The notes under the pieces are model-generated. The model ran no database searches and was not told the DNA's origin. It saw only the letters and a program-made list of their open reading frames with translations. DNA of 64,000 nucleotides from Longimicrobiales bacterium (GTDB lineage: Bacteria > Gemmatimonadota > Gemmatimonadetes > Longimicrobiales > Gaopeijiaceae), in NCBI GenBank assembly GCA_965248195.1, contig CBDFIQ010000002.1:320001-384000 (forward strand). The letters run 5' to 3'. Shown here in pieces: positions 48,181 through 59,249 of this stretch. Positions within the stretch are counted from its first letter, which is position 1; each line of letters begins with the position of its first letter. Made by a program: the position numbers and the translations under genes.

Positions 48181-49434
48181 TCAGCCTTCTGCGTCCAGCA
48201 ACGCCATCACCAGCCCGCTTCGGACCTTCGGCTCGAACCAGGTCGATTTTGGTGGCATTTGCCGGTTCTGGCGGCACACCTCGATGAATTCGTCCATCGT
48301 CACCGCGGGGAGCGTTACCGCGTAGGCCGCCCGTCCCTGGTCGACCTCCCCTTGTAGCCAGGCGGCGTCCTTATTGGCACCGACAAAGGTGAGACGGTCG
48401 TCGGCAGCGTCGGCAATCCCGAAGACGTGCGCGAAGAGATTCTTCTGGACGATGCCGTAGTCGATGGCTTCTGCCGCGTCGTCCGGATCGAACGTCCCGG
48501 GAAGCGGCTGGAGGCGTAGCCAGCCGCGCTCCGGGGTGTAGAGTCCGATGTCATGAGTCTCGGTGGGCTGGTAGAAGTCCGCCACGGCGGGGGAATCGAG
48601 TCCGAACCTCTCCCCGATTCCAGCAGTCAGCCGATCCGTCGGAAGCGCTGAGGTGTGCACGAGCCGATTGTACGGCCGGATACCCATCGTGCGGGCGGGA
48701 AAAAAGACGCTCAGGAAATACTCGTATCCGAGCATCGCCGCGGCGGCGCTCCGGTGATTCCCGTCCGCAACGTACGCGTGCGGCTCTTTCGCGAGGAGTG
48801 CTTGCAAGCGCTGGATGGCCTGCTCGTCGCTGACGATCCACACACGGTGCCGGTTCGTGTGTTGATCGAGCACCTCGAAGTCCGGTGGAGTGCCTGATGC
48901 GTGTGCCTCCAGGTGACTCTGGAGCTCGCCCGACACGTCATCCACGCCGTTATTCACCATGCCGATGATCGTACGGGTGGCCTGGATGAGGTCGGCCCGG
49001 CCGCGTGCCTTGGCTTCACGGACTCCCTCGTTCCGGATGATGGTCCCGGTGGGGGTCCTCTCAGTCCGGATCTCGTCGGTCCGAGCCATGCCGCCCAGAC
49101 CGATCTGCCGCACGTCCGGGCGACTGGGGTCTTCGATCTCGTAGACCCAGAGGATGTCGCGTATCTCTTCCGTCAGCTCGCTCGCTTTGAGCTCCTCCAT
49201 CTGGATGCGCGCCTGGGCCAGCGCACCCTGGGAATCGCGGACCCCGATCGTTTCGAGCGAATTCGCGTGGCAATGAGCCATAGTCACGCGCAGCACACTC
49301 ATGGGATTGTCCTGAAGGAGATCCCAAATCTCGTGATCCCCCTGGAACTCGTCGTAGTTCGGAGCGCTGACGCGCGCGGCCGCCGCCGAATCGATGGGGA
49401 CGAGGGCGCGGTGGACCGGGGTGATCGTGATCAA
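48181..49434 (-). CDS. DUF1015-family protein
   Basis: YVADGNHRSAAA, IRPYNRLV, MPPKSTWFEPKVRSGL; TTG start inferred. Confidence 0.85.
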   Translation of the reverse strand: MITITPVHRALVPIDSAAAARVSAPNYDEFQGDHEIWDLLQDNPMSVLRVTMAHCHANSLETIGVRDSQGALAQARIQMEELKASELTEEIRDILWVYEIEDPSRPDVRQIGLGGMARTDEIRTERTPTGTIIRNEGVREAKARGRADLIQATRTIIGMVNNGVDDVSGELQSHLEAHASGTPPDFEVLDQHTNRHRVWIVSDEQAIQRLQALLAKEPHAYVADGNHRSAAAAMLGYEYFLSVFFPARTMGIRPYNRLVHTSALPTDRLTAGIGERFGLDSPAVADFYQPTETHDIGLYTPERGWLRLQPLPGTFDPDDAAEAIDYGIVQKNLFAHVFGIADAADDRLTFVGANKDAAWLQGEVDQGRAAYAVTLPAVTMDEFIEVCRQNRQMPPKSTWFEPKVRSGLVMALLDAEG

Positions 49435-49652
49435 GAGATGGGCGACCCGTTGTGGGGCCTTCTTGCAGAGGGTTTGACGGAACGGGCTCCAGTCGTCGAG
49501 AGGCGAAAGATAACGCTGAAATCCGGCCCGTGTGCTCTGCAATGGTTCTCGGCGGAGTCCCGACCCGCCCATCCCCTGATGCGGAGGCCCTCGGGACGAG
49601 GGGTATCAACTTTCGGGCGTCAAAGCCGGGTTAGGGCGTCTGAGGGAGGCCT

Positions 49653-52600
49653 CTAGTACGCCCCCGGGTCCGGCCCGCTCCTCCCATCCCCGACCCTCAC
49701 CAAGCGTACGCGAGCCTTTCCGAACATCTCCTGGAGCGCCTCTATCGTTTCGCGGCTGGGGTCCGCCTTGAGTGTCCGCGACCGAAGGATCGGGGCCGCG
49801 ACCCCGTTGTCGCTGCCCAGGAGGAGCTCGACCGGGGCCGTTCCGGGGTGGGCGACCAGAATCTCCTTGGCTCGGGCGAACACGTCGTCGTCCAGTTCGG
49901 CGCCAATCGGCAACTCGATCTGAAGGGCCAACTGGCCGCTGTTGGCGACGCCCTCGAGCAGGAGGGCATCGTCGAGGAAAATCGGCGGGTCTTCCTCGTC
50001 ACGCTCCCGTCCGCTCACCTTCCCGGAAATGAGCACCACGGCGTCCTGTTGAAGGGTTTCCTTGTACTTCTGCCAGTTCTCCTTGAACGCAAGGATGATG
50101 GCCGTGCCGTGAAAGTCCTCGACCGTGATCTTACCCCATTCAGAGCTGTCTCGGCGTGAGATCTGCCGCTGCACCTTGGTCACCACGCAGGCCAGGTCGA
50201 GCGGCCGGCCGAGATGGTCCTTCAAGTTCGCAGTGTTCACGTAATCGAAGGCCCGCACGACCTCTGCATACCGATCGAGCGGGTGGCCGGAAATGAAAAA
50301 GCCCAGGGCTTCCTTCTCTCTCTTCAACCGTTCATGCTCTGGCCACTTTGGGATGTTCGGAAGGCCCGGGTCCTTGCGCTCGAGGGCCGCGTCTCCGGTG
50401 CCGAAGAGAGAGGCTTGGCCGGCTTCTTCTTCGGCTTTTCGGGCGCTGATCTCCGAGTAGGCGGTATCGAGCCCTGCGAGGAGTTGCGACCGGTACCCGA
50501 ACGAGTCCAATGCTCCCGCCGTGATAAGGGCCTCGACGGCACGTTTGTTCAAGCTCCGAAGATCGACACGCTCCAAGAACTCGAACATCGCCGTGAAAGG
50601 CCCGTCCGAGTCCCGTGCGGTGAGGATCGACTTGACCGCGCTCGAGCCCACGCCACGAATGGCGCCCAGACCGAACCTGATGTGGGTCTCACCGACCGCC
50701 GTGAACTTCCAGCCCGACTCGTTCACGTCGGGCGGGAGGACCTGGATGCTATCGACCAGTCTCGGTAAGTAGCGCGGTAGTTCCCGGCACTCTCCGATGT
50801 ACTTGACCACGTCGTCGGTGTTGGACACGACCGCCGAGAGCATGGCCGCCATGAACTCGGCGGGGTAGTGAGCCTTCAACCATGCGGTGTGATAGGCGAT
50901 CACCGAGTACGCGGCGGCATGTGAGAGGTTGAAGCCGTACCGTCCGAAGGTCTCGATCTGCTCGGCGAGGCTCTCCGCCGTCTTCTTCTCCACGCCTCGC
51001 GCGACGGCCTTCGTGACGAACTGCCGGAGCTCCTCTCGGATGAGTGACACGATCTTCTTGCCCATCGCCATCCGGAGCACATCGGCCTCGGCCATGTCAT
51101 AGCCGCCCAGGATGTTGGCGATCCGCATCACCTGCTCCTGGTACACGATGATGCCGTAGGTCCGCTCGAGGACCGGCTGGAGGTCGGGATGGTCGTAGCT
51201 GACCTCCTCCTGTCCTAGCTTCCGCCGGATGTAAGCGTCTGTCATTCCCGTGTCGAGCGGACCGGGGCGGATCAAGGCGTTGGTGGCCACAAGGTCGTCG
51301 AAACGGTCGCAGCGCATGGCCCTGAGCTTTTCGATCGCCAACTTCGACTCGAACTGGAACACCCCCGACGTTCCACCGTTTGCGAGCATCTTGTATACGG
51401 CGGGGTCGTCCAAGGGAACGTCGTCCATGGACTCGAAGACGGTGCCGGACTCGGGGTGCCTCAACTCGCCTATCCTGGCCACGATCGCCTCCACAGCGTC
51501 GTGGATGACCGTGAGCGTCTTGAGGCCCAGGAAATCTATCTTGAGCATTCCTGCGTCCTCGAGGCATTTCATGTCGTACTGCGTGACGTACATGGCCTCG
51601 GAGGTGTCTCCGTTCGCGCCGTTCTTTCCGGTCTGGATGCATACCGGCACGTAGTCGTCCAGCGGGCCCGGCGCGATCACGACGCCCGCGGCGTGTACCG
51701 ACGAGTGCCGGGAAAGACCCTCGAGCGTCATGGAGTAGTCGAAGAGCTGCTTGTATCGGCCCCCCTCCTCGTACAGATCCTTCACCTCCTTGAGTTTCTT
51801 GATCGCCTCTTCGACGGTGAAGGATTGGCCTGGAGCGTTGGGAATCATCTTCGCGATGCGGTCGGTCTCGGACGGCTCCATCCCCAGGGTTCGACCTACG
51901 TCACGGATCACCGCGCGGGACTTCATGGTCCCGAACGTGATGATCTGCCCGACCGCGTTCTTTCCGTATTTTTCCTTCACGTACTCGATGACCTCGCCCC
52001 GCCGTTCATAGCAGAAGTCGACGTCGATATCCGGCATCGAGATCCGCTCGGGATACAGAAAACGCTCGAAGAGGAGGTTGAAGGCCAGGGGATCGATGTT
52101 CGTGATCCAGAGCGAATAAGCGACGATCGAGCCCGCGGCCGACCCCCGGCCCGGACCCACCGGAATGCCGTGGCGACGAGCCCAGTCGATGAAGTCCCAA
52201 GTGATCAGGATATAGCCGGCATACCCCGTCTCGGTGATGACCCCCAACTCGTAGTCTAGGCGTTCTCTAACGGCCTCGGGAAGGGGGTCTCCATACCGCC
52301 GTTTCGCACCCTCCGTAGCCAGAAACACTAGGTATTCGTTCTCGTCGACGTGGTCGTCGGGAAGCGGGAACGCGGGCAAGTGGTACGTCTTCTCGAAGCC
52401 GAGGTTCACGCCGTCGGCGATCTTCAGGGTGTTTTCGAGGACGTCGGGCCGATCCGGGAATCGTTCGGCGATCTCCGGCGCGCTCTTGAAGTAGAGGCCT
52501 TTGTCGTATCGCATTCGGTTGGTGTCGTTTCGGTCCTTTCCGAGACCGATACAGAGCAGGACGTCGTGTGCTTCGTGATCCTCCACCTGAAGAAAGTGCG

Positions 52601-53219
52601 CGTCGTTGGTCGCGATCACCGGGAGGCCCATCTCCTCGGAGAGCTTGAAGATTTTCTCGTTGAGCTCCGACTGCCCCTCTGAGTCGTGGGCTTGGACCTC
52701 CAGGTAGTACCGGTCCTCGAAGAGGTTGGCATACCAGCCAGCCGCCTCGCGGGCGCCCTCCCAGTTATCTGCCGAGAGGTGACGCGCGACTTCTCCGGCC
52801 AGACACGCCGAGCTGACGACGAGGCCCCCGGCGTGGGCCGCCAGAACCTCCCGATCCACCCTCGGCTTGTGGTAGAAACCCTCCGTGTACCCGATCGAGG
52901 ACAGCTTCACCAGGTTCTTATAGCCCTCCATATCCCGCGCGAGGATCACTAGGTGGTAGTAGGCTCGCTCTCCCTGACCGGCCTTGGAGCGGTCCCGTCG
53001 ATCACCCGGCGCCACGTACGCCTCCATTCCGATGATCGGCTTGATGCCCTCCTTCTTGGCCAGCTTGTGGAAGGCCCAGGCGCCGAAGAGACAACCATGG
53101 TCGGTGAGGGCAAGGCCGGGCATCTCGAATTCCTTGGCCCGGTGGACGAGGTCGGTGAGGCGGTTGGCTCCGTCGAGGAGCGAGTATTCGGAGTGTGTGT
53201 GCAGGTGGACGAAGCTCAC
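49653..53219 (-). CDS. dnaE: DNA polymerase III alpha subunit
   Basis: HLHTHSEYSLLDG (PHP domain), GPGRGSAAGS, MPDIDVDF, KIDFLGLKTL, YGFNLSH. Confidence 0.97.
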   Translation of the reverse strand: MSFVHLHTHSEYSLLDGANRLTDLVHRAKEFEMPGLALTDHGCLFGAWAFHKLAKKEGIKPIIGMEAYVAPGDRRDRSKAGQGERAYYHLVILARDMEGYKNLVKLSSIGYTEGFYHKPRVDREVLAAHAGGLVVSSACLAGEVARHLSADNWEGAREAAGWYANLFEDRYYLEVQAHDSEGQSELNEKIFKLSEEMGLPVIATNDAHFLQVEDHEAHDVLLCIGLGKDRNDTNRMRYDKGLYFKSAPEIAERFPDRPDVLENTLKIADGVNLGFEKTYHLPAFPLPDDHVDENEYLVFLATEGAKRRYGDPLPEAVRERLDYELGVITETGYAGYILITWDFIDWARRHGIPVGPGRGSAAGSIVAYSLWITNIDPLAFNLLFERFLYPERISMPDIDVDFCYERRGEVIEYVKEKYGKNAVGQIITFGTMKSRAVIRDVGRTLGMEPSETDRIAKMIPNAPGQSFTVEEAIKKLKEVKDLYEEGGRYKQLFDYSMTLEGLSRHSSVHAAGVVIAPGPLDDYVPVCIQTGKNGANGDTSEAMYVTQYDMKCLEDAGMLKIDFLGLKTLTVIHDAVEAIVARIGELRHPESGTVFESMDDVPLDDPAVYKMLANGGTSGVFQFESKLAIEKLRAMRCDRFDDLVATNALIRPGPLDTGMTDAYIRRKLGQEEVSYDHPDLQPVLERTYGIIVYQEQVMRIANILGGYDMAEADVLRMAMGKKIVSLIREELRQFVTKAVARGVEKKTAESLAEQIETFGRYGFNLSHAAAYSVIAYHTAWLKAHYPAEFMAAMLSAVVSNTDDVVKYIGECRELPRYLPRLVDSIQVLPPDVNESGWKFTAVGETHIRFGLGAIRGVGSSAVKSILTARDSDGPFTAMFEFLERVDLRSLNKRAVEALITAGALDSFGYRSQLLAGLDTAYSEISARKAEEEAGQASLFGTGDAALERKDPGLPNIPKWPEHERLKREKEALGFFISGHPLDRYAEVVRAFDYVNTANLKDHLGRPLDLACVVTKVQRQISRRDSSEWGKITVEDFHGTAIILAFKENWQKYKETLQQDAVVLISGKVSGRERDEEDPPIFLDDALLLEGVANSGQLALQIELPIGAELDDDVFARAKEILVAHPGTAPVELLLGSDNGVAAPILRSRTLKADPSRETIEALQEMFGKARVRLVRVGDGRSGPDPGAY

Positions 53220-53328
53220 GAGTGCTCGGTCTAAGACGCCTGTTGGAGATGGGAACTCGGCCCCCCGGTGGAGTCCGAAAAGGCCTATCCTTTTCCCATT
53301 CTACACACCCGCGCTACGGCCGACAAAT

Positions 53329-53766
53329 TTACTCGATCACCCAGGTGTATTTGTCCCCGGAGTTCCATTTCGGTGAAGCCAGCATTTCCAGTGCCGTGCG
53401 TCCGAGAATCGAGTCCGACGTGATCAGGGTGACCCCGATCATGAAGGGCGATCCGCCCCAATTGTCGAAGTCCAGGGTGTAGTCCTCCTTCTCGAGGTCG
53501 AAGCCGCCGGGAAGGTACACATCGAGCCCCGGCGGGACGATGCCGCTGGCCACGTCGGACGGCCAAGCCTGTTGGTCCGACTGGTAGTTGTACACAGCTA
53601 CCCGAACGACCTGCATGTCGCTGATGGCATCCGCCGCCCGGGCCTTGACGATGACTCTGGTGAGTTGGGGCTGCGCGATGGCCGCTAGGATGCTGACGAT
53701 CAGCACCACGACGAGGAGCTCGATCAGGGTCACCCCCTTACGGCCTGTGATCGTGCGCTCAATCAT
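53329..53766 (-). CDS. Type IV pilin/pseudopilin-like protein
   Basis: Prepilin cleavage motif RKG|VTLIELLVV with Glu at +5. Confidence 0.85.
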   Translation of the reverse strand: MIERTITGRKGVTLIELLVVVLIVSILAAIAQPQLTRVIVKARAADAISDMQVVRVAVYNYQSDQQAWPSDVASGIVPPGLDVYLPGGFDLEKEDYTLDFDNWGGSPFMIGVTLITSDSILGRTALEMLASPKWNSGDKYTWVIE

Positions 53767-54299
53767 ATCGCCGGCGCTCCTCCGGAAGGTGACGACACCG
53801 TCCCGGAAACGATCGCGACGGCGTCACCGAGGAGGTCTTCTACCGGATCTTCAGAGGTGAAGTCCACCGTAATTCCCCCGACCGTGCCGGTCAGCCTAAA
53901 GGTGTTTCCGGCCTCCAGGCTGTATAGCACCTCATCGGGACCGTCGCCCACTTCCTCAAGGTCGTGGGGAAGGTGCCCATTCTCTGCTACATACCGCTGG
54001 ATGTTGATGAACTGCATGAACATCTCCATGCGGAGGCCGGCCTCTTGATTGGCGGGTGCAATAGTCGGCGTCACCGGAAGGAGCACCGATGGTGGGAAAG
54101 CCCAAAGCCAAATCGAAACCAGCGCCAAAACAGGCGGGAGGACCGGGTGCAGACGAGCGCGTCCGGAACCTGGAGCCGCGACACCCCGGCGCTCCTTGCG
54201 AAGCGCCTGGTCCTTCAGGACATCGCTTAAGGCGTCTCCATACTCATTGGATTCCGGCCAGCTAGGCGTCTCGGACTTGTTTTTGTGCTTATCGCCCAT
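53763..54299 (-). CDS. Single-TM hypothetical protein with a pseudopilin-like C-terminal segment
   Basis: IQRYVAENGHLPHDLEEV; ATGA overlap with the pilin gene. Confidence 0.6.
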   Translation of the reverse strand: MGDKHKNKSETPSWPESNEYGDALSDVLKDQALRKERRGVAAPGSGRARLHPVLPPVLALVSIWLWAFPPSVLLPVTPTIAPANQEAGLRMEMFMQFINIQRYVAENGHLPHDLEEVGDGPDEVLYSLEAGNTFRLTGTVGGITVDFTSEDPVEDLLGDAVAIVSGTVSSPSGGAPAI

Positions 54300-54349
54300 G
54301 GATGTTATAGCGGCCCCAAAAAAATTCAGCCCACTCCAGCCTTTTGCCT

Positions 54350-54381
54350 ACTCCTCACTAATTGGCGGACTCCTCACTAAT
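54350..54381. repeat. 13-bp direct repeat upstream of the pilin operon
   Basis: actcctcactaat at 54350 and 54369. Confidence 0.8.
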
Positions 54382-54449
54382 ATGCATCGATGCCCCTCAG
54401 TATCCCACCCGGAACCTGTCAACGACAATGGGACACTCTACGGGATTAA

Positions 54450-55457
54450 TTAGAGAGCAATATCCTGTGTGGTGAGGGAAGGGATGGGAGGATTGATGTA
54501 GACGGCCTCCGGGAGCGGTTTGGGCTTCGGCACACCTGTGACGAAGCGTTCGGGATGAGCGGCCCATGCTTCGCGGAGCACGGATTTCCTGCCGGCAATG
54601 ACCTGATCGGCGTTCCCGAAGTGGACCTGCTCGGGGGTTAGCATCGAGATACCGCCATGGCGGTGCTCGGCATTGTACCAGCGGAAGAACGATCGACACA
54701 ACGTCTTGGCCTGGCCCTGATCCCCGAACCGCCCGGGAAACGAGGGATGGTACTTCAAGGTTTTGAACTGAGCCTCGGAAAACGGGTTGTCATCCGACAC
54801 CTGAGGCCGGCTCAACGAGCGAGTCACGCCGAGGTCAGCGAGAAGTTGAGCGGTGCATTGGCTCGTCATTGGAGCTCCCCGATCCGAGTGCAGGGTCAGG
54901 ACCCGGGGCTGGACGCCATGCTTCAGGCAGCTCTGCTGGATCAACCGGCCGGCCAGGGCCGAGTTCTCCCGGTCCGCCACCATCCAGCCCACGACGTAGC
55001 GGCTGTAGATGTCCATGATGACGTAGAGGTAGTAATAGCTCCACTTCTTCGGCCCGAGTAGCCGCGTGATATCCCAGGACCACACCTGGTTCGGCGCCGT
55101 GGCCATCAACTCGGGCTTCTTGTACTCGGGATGGGTGCGCTGCGCCCGGCGTTCCTGAACCGGCACCTCGGAGGCCAGAACACGATACATCGTGCGTTCG
55201 CTGCACAGGTAGACCTCTTCGTCGAGCAGCGTGGCCACCACCTCGGCGGGTGAGCGGTCCACGAACCGCTCCGAACACAGCGTGTCGAAGACCTCGCCTC
55301 GTTCCGTCTCGCTCAATGCCCGGGCGGGCGTCGGGCGGGGCTGCCGTTGCCCGGTCGATGGGCCTCGACGACGGTAGAACGTCGATCGGGAGACCTCGAG
55401 AGCCGCGCACGCCGGTTTTACACCGACGTGCTTAGCCAGCTCATCGGCCGCCTTCAA
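54450..55457 (-). CDS. IS3-family DDE transposase OrfB
   Basis: PNQVWSWDIT, HSDRG, DNPFSEAQFKTLK, WYN..HRH. Confidence 0.92.
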   Translation of the reverse strand: MKAADELAKHVGVKPACAALEVSRSTFYRRRGPSTGQRQPRPTPARALSETERGEVFDTLCSERFVDRSPAEVVATLLDEEVYLCSERTMYRVLASEVPVQERRAQRTHPEYKKPELMATAPNQVWSWDITRLLGPKKWSYYYLYVIMDIYSRYVVGWMVADRENSALAGRLIQQSCLKHGVQPRVLTLHSDRGAPMTSQCTAQLLADLGVTRSLSRPQVSDDNPFSEAQFKTLKYHPSFPGRFGDQGQAKTLCRSFFRWYNAEHRHGGISMLTPEQVHFGNADQVIAGRKSVLREAWAAHPERFVTGVPKPKPLPEAVYINPPIPSLTTQDIAL

Positions 55458-55903
55458 GAGTTCGTCCCGTCGTCGAGGCTTATCCCCAGCAGCCCCGCAA
55501 CTTTTCCCTGCACGTCGATGATCAGGTGTGCCTTCCTGAGCTCATTCTCGAGCCGTGCGTTTTGCCGCTCCAGCTTGCGTACCTTCTCATCCAGCGGATT
55601 CCGCTCCGGCTTGCGGCCGCGTTTCTTCGACAGGGCCTTCAGCGACCCGCTATGCGCCGCCTTGCGCCACGTCGTCAGGTGCGACGAGTACAGGCCCTCG
55701 CGCCGCAGGAGCTGACCCACCTCGCCGGGCTCGGTGCACCGGTCCGCTTCTTCGACGATCCGCAGCTTGTACGATGGACTGAACCGCCGGCGTAGCGGCC
55801 TATCTACTACCTCCGGGTCCGCAGGAGCTGCCGCGCTTCGCTTGGCCTCCCCGATTCCAGGGGCACTACCATTCTCTTCCATTCTCTCTCGCAGTCCCAA
55901 CAT
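55454..55903 (-). CDS. IS3-family OrfA (HTH plus coiled coil)
   Basis: RRRFSPSYKLRIV, LLRREGLYSSHLTTWR; 4-nt TTGA overlap with orfB. Confidence 0.88.
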   Translation of the reverse strand: MLGLRERMEENGSAPGIGEAKRSAAAPADPEVVDRPLRRRFSPSYKLRIVEEADRCTEPGEVGQLLRREGLYSSHLTTWRKAAHSGSLKALSKKRGRKPERNPLDEKVRKLERQNARLENELRKAHLIIDVQGKVAGLLGISLDDGTNS

Positions 55904-56062
55904 GTTCGTTTTCTCTGCCTTCGCCCTACTCTAATTCTTTGCGTGCTCCGTGTCTCACGTACGTTGGCAGAGAGGGACCCTTTTCCATGGGGGCCTTGTA
56001 CGTGCTCCTTTGGGAGGGTATGAAAGAGAGGTTCATCGCACTGACCTCGACAGGAATTGGCC

Positions 56063-57601
56063 ATGTGGCTGTGGGTTCTAGGACTCGCGTTGGTGGGAGT
56101 GTCGCTCTACGACGTCTTCCAGAAGCGACGCGCCATTCTTCGAAATTTTCCGATCATCGGCCACTTTCGATACCTGTTGGAGTCGGTCGGTCCCGAGCTG
56201 AGGCAGTACATCGTCACAGACAACGACGAGGAGCGGCCCTTTTCGCGGGACCAGCGGAGGTGGGTCTACGCCTCGAGCAAGAAGGAGAACAACTACTTCG
56301 GTTTCGGCACGGACAACGAACTCGAAAAGACGTCCAACTACATCATCATCAAGCATCGGGTCATGTGTGCGGGCCAAAGCGCTACCGGTGAGGCGTACGG
56401 GATGGCCCGATCCGACGAGACCTATCCCCTTCCGTGTGCGAAGATTCTGGGTGGCGCACGAGGGCGGGCCCGGTCCTTCCGGCCCGCCTCGGCCGTGAAC
56501 CTCTCTGCAATGAGCTTTGGTTCGCTGTCGAGCGCCGCCGTGAGCGCCATGAACCAGGGAGCCAGGATCGCGGGCTGCCTCCAAAACACAGGCGAAGGGG
56601 GCATTTCCCCCTATCATCATCAGGGCGGCGACCTGATCTGGCAGCTGGGGACGGGCTACTTCGGCTGCCGCACCAAGAGGGGTCGATTCGACTTGAACTT
56701 GTTTCTGGACCAGGTCGAAATGGGCCCCGTGCGTGCGGTGGAAATCAAGCTCAGTCAGGGGGCGAAGCCCGGCCTTGGCGGATTACTTCCGGGGGTCAAG
56801 GTGACGGGGGAGATCGCCCGGATTCGGGGCGTGCCCATAGGGAAGGACGTATTCAGTCCGGCAACACACTCGGCCTTCGCAGGGGTCGATGAGATGCTGG
56901 ATTTCGTGGAGATGTTGGCCGACACCACCGGACTACCGATCGGCATAAAATCCGCGGTGGGTGAGCACCGATTCTGGGAGGAGTTGGCGAACCTCATGTC
57001 GAAGGGGGATCGGGGGGTCGACTTCATTTCGATCGACGGCGGAGAGGGGGGGACCGGAGCTGCACCCCTCGCGTTTTCCGATCATGTGGCGTTGCCCTTC
57101 AAGATCGGCTTCAGCCGTGTGTATCGGATTCTCGCCGAGGCCGGGATCCACGAGGATGTGGTCTTGATGGGGTCGGGAAAACTGGGTCTGCCGGCCAACG
57201 CGATGGTCGCCTTTGCGCTCGGCTGCGACACGATCAACGTGGCGCGTGAGGCGATGATGGCCGTCGGATGCATCCAGGCCCAGAGATGTCATACGGGACA
57301 TTGCCCCACCGGAGTGGCGACCCAGAATCGTTGGTTGGTGCGGGGCTTGGATCCGACCTCGAAGGCTGCCCGTTTGGCGAACTATGTGGTCACGCTTCGC
57401 AAGGAGATCCTACAGCTCAGTCGCACGAGCGGCGTAGCCCATCCGGGGCTCCTGTCCGGAGACATGATCGAGATCCTGGATGGGCGTTTCGGATCCGCGA
57501 CGCTCGATGAGATCTTCGGATACCGGGCGGAGTGGGGCTTTCCGTCAGAGGCGGACCGGCGCGAGATCGTAGATGTGATGGAGGGACACCCGCCCGCATG
57601 A
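56063..57601 (+). CDS. FMN-binding glutamate synthase family protein (stand-alone)
   Basis: SAMSFGSLS, NTGEGG, EIKLSQGAKPG, DGGEGGTGAAP, GCIQAQRCHTGHCPTGVATQ. Confidence 0.9.
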   Translation: MWLWVLGLALVGVSLYDVFQKRRAILRNFPIIGHFRYLLESVGPELRQYIVTDNDEERPFSRDQRRWVYASSKKENNYFGFGTDNELEKTSNYIIIKHRVMCAGQSATGEAYGMARSDETYPLPCAKILGGARGRARSFRPASAVNLSAMSFGSLSSAAVSAMNQGARIAGCLQNTGEGGISPYHHQGGDLIWQLGTGYFGCRTKRGRFDLNLFLDQVEMGPVRAVEIKLSQGAKPGLGGLLPGVKVTGEIARIRGVPIGKDVFSPATHSAFAGVDEMLDFVEMLADTTGLPIGIKSAVGEHRFWEELANLMSKGDRGVDFISIDGGEGGTGAAPLAFSDHVALPFKIGFSRVYRILAEAGIHEDVVLMGSGKLGLPANAMVAFALGCDTINVAREAMMAVGCIQAQRCHTGHCPTGVATQNRWLVRGLDPTSKAARLANYVVTLRKEILQLSRTSGVAHPGLLSGDMIEILDGRFGSATLDEIFGYRAEWGFPSEADRREIVDVMEGHPPA

Positions 57602-57649
57602 GGACGCGCTAATGGCGGTAGTGCGTCAGTTTCAAACTGACCCACTACC

Positions 57650-59137
57650 CTAATAGCGGTACGTCTCGGGCTTATACGGCCCTGCCTTGTCCACGCCGAT
57701 GTACTCCGCCTGCTGGTGCGAAAGGTCGGTGAGCCGAGCGTCCAACTTATCGAGATGGAGCCGAGCCACCTTCTCATCCAGGATCTTCGGGAGTACGTAG
57801 ACCTTCTTCTCGTATCGGTCCCGGTTCCTGGCGAGCTCGATCTGCGCGATCACCTGGTTGGTGAAGCTGGCCGACATGACGAAGCTCGGATGCCCCGTGG
57901 CGCACCCCAGGTTGAGCAATCGCCCTTCGGCGAGGATCAACACGCTGTGCCCATCTGAGAAGAGCCACTCGTCGTATTGCGGCTTGACGTTCTCCCTGCG
58001 GACGCCGGGCATACGTTCCAGGCCGGCCATGTCGATTTCGTTGTCGAAGTGGCCGATGTTGCCGACGATGGCCTTGTCCTTCATGCCCGCCATGTGCTCG
58101 GCTGTAATGATGTCCCTGTTTCCGGTGGCCGTCACGAAGATGTCGGCCTCGCCGAGCACGTCCTCGAGCCGGCGCACCGTGAAGCCCTCCATACACGCCT
58201 GGAGCGCGCAGATGGGGTCGATCTCGGTGACAACCACCCGGGCGCCTTGATTCTTGAGCGCCTGGGCACAGCCCTTCCCGACATCACCGTAGCCGCAAAC
58301 AACGGCCATCTTGCCCGAAATCATTACGTCCGTGGCCCGATTCAGCCCATCGATGACCGAATGACGACATCCGTAAAGGTTGTCGAATTTCGACTTGGTC
58401 ACGGAGTCGTTCACGTTGATGGCGGGGAAAAGCAGAGTGCCGTCCCTCTCCATCTCGTACAGGCGATGCACGCCCGTCGTGGTCTCCTCCGAGACGCCGA
58501 TGACGTTCGCCGAGATCCGATTCCATTTCTGCGGATCCTTGGCCAGCGAGCTACGCAGAAGTTCGAGAATGATCCCCCACTCCTCGGGCTCGCTCTCGGG
58601 GTCGAAATCGGGGACGCTGCCCGCCTTCTCATATTCGACGCCTCGATGGAGTAGGAGTGTGGCGTCACCGCCGTCGTCCACGATCAGGTCAGGACCGCTG
58701 CCGTCGGGCCACGCCACCGCCTGGTCGGTGCACCACCAGTACTCCTCCAGCGTCTCGCCCTTCCAGGCGAAGACAGGAATGCCCTTGAGGTCTTCCGGTG
58801 TGCCGTCGCGACCTACCGCTACCGCTGCTGCCGCGTGATCCTGCGTCGAAAAAATGTTGCAGGAGACCCAACGCACGTCGGCGCCGAGATCTACGAGCGT
58901 CTCGATCAGCACGGCGGTTTGCACGGTCATGTGGAGTGAACCCATGATCTTGAGACCGCCGAGCGCCTGCTCGGGGCCGTATTCCGCGCGAGCCGCCATG
59001 AGGCCGGGCATCTCTTGTTCAGCCAAGCGGATCTCCTTGCGTCCCCACTCGGCGAGCGAAAGGTCCGCGACCTTATAGGCCGGGCGAGCCTCATGGGTGG
59101 CTGCCCCACCCTCGGGGTCCAAGACTGCAGTATCCAT
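57650..59137 (-). CDS. ahcY: S-adenosylhomocysteine hydrolase
   Basis: [59 protein letters not shown]; start 59137 or 59152. Confidence 0.97.
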   Translation of the reverse strand: MDTAVLDPEGGAATHEARPAYKVADLSLAEWGRKEIRLAEQEMPGLMAARAEYGPEQALGGLKIMGSLHMTVQTAVLIETLVDLGADVRWVSCNIFSTQDHAAAAVAVGRDGTPEDLKGIPVFAWKGETLEEYWWCTDQAVAWPDGSGPDLIVDDGGDATLLLHRGVEYEKAGSVPDFDPESEPEEWGIILELLRSSLAKDPQKWNRISANVIGVSEETTTGVHRLYEMERDGTLLFPAINVNDSVTKSKFDNLYGCRHSVIDGLNRATDVMISGKMAVVCGYGDVGKGCAQALKNQGARVVVTEIDPICALQACMEGFTVRRLEDVLGEADIFVTATGNRDIITAEHMAGMKDKAIVGNIGHFDNEIDMAGLERMPGVRRENVKPQYDEWLFSDGHSVLILAEGRLLNLGCATGHPSFVMSASFTNQVIAQIELARNRDRYEKKVYVLPKILDEKVARLHLDKLDARLTDLSHQQAEYIGVDKAGPYKPETYRY

Positions 59138-59249
59138 GCGTTCAAGCCTCATCTAAGAGTTCGAGCCTTCATGCAAGAAAGGACCATTTCGGGTAAGAAC
59201 GGAAAAAATCGGTCTCCGGGTGGTTTCAGCATGCCTGCTCCGGGTGAGC

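Larger units (their letters stand above)
54417..55969 (-). mobile_element. IS3-family insertion sequence, about 1.55 kb
   Basis: TG...CA ends with imperfect inverted repeats (tgtcaacgacaatgggacac vs tgccaacgtacgtgagacac); orfA plus orfB. Confidence 0.85.

Noticed and set aside
49653..53219. dnaE as error-prone DnaE2 or intein-containing; odd FERFLYPER residue
   Set aside because: Length and motifs fit the replicative alpha subunit, no imuAB is adjacent and no intein is evident; a single substitution is too weak to interpret
59138..59249. SAH/SAM riboswitch upstream of ahcY
   Set aside because: No recognisable consensus by eye, and the SahR-like regulator explains control; an Rfam scan would be decisive
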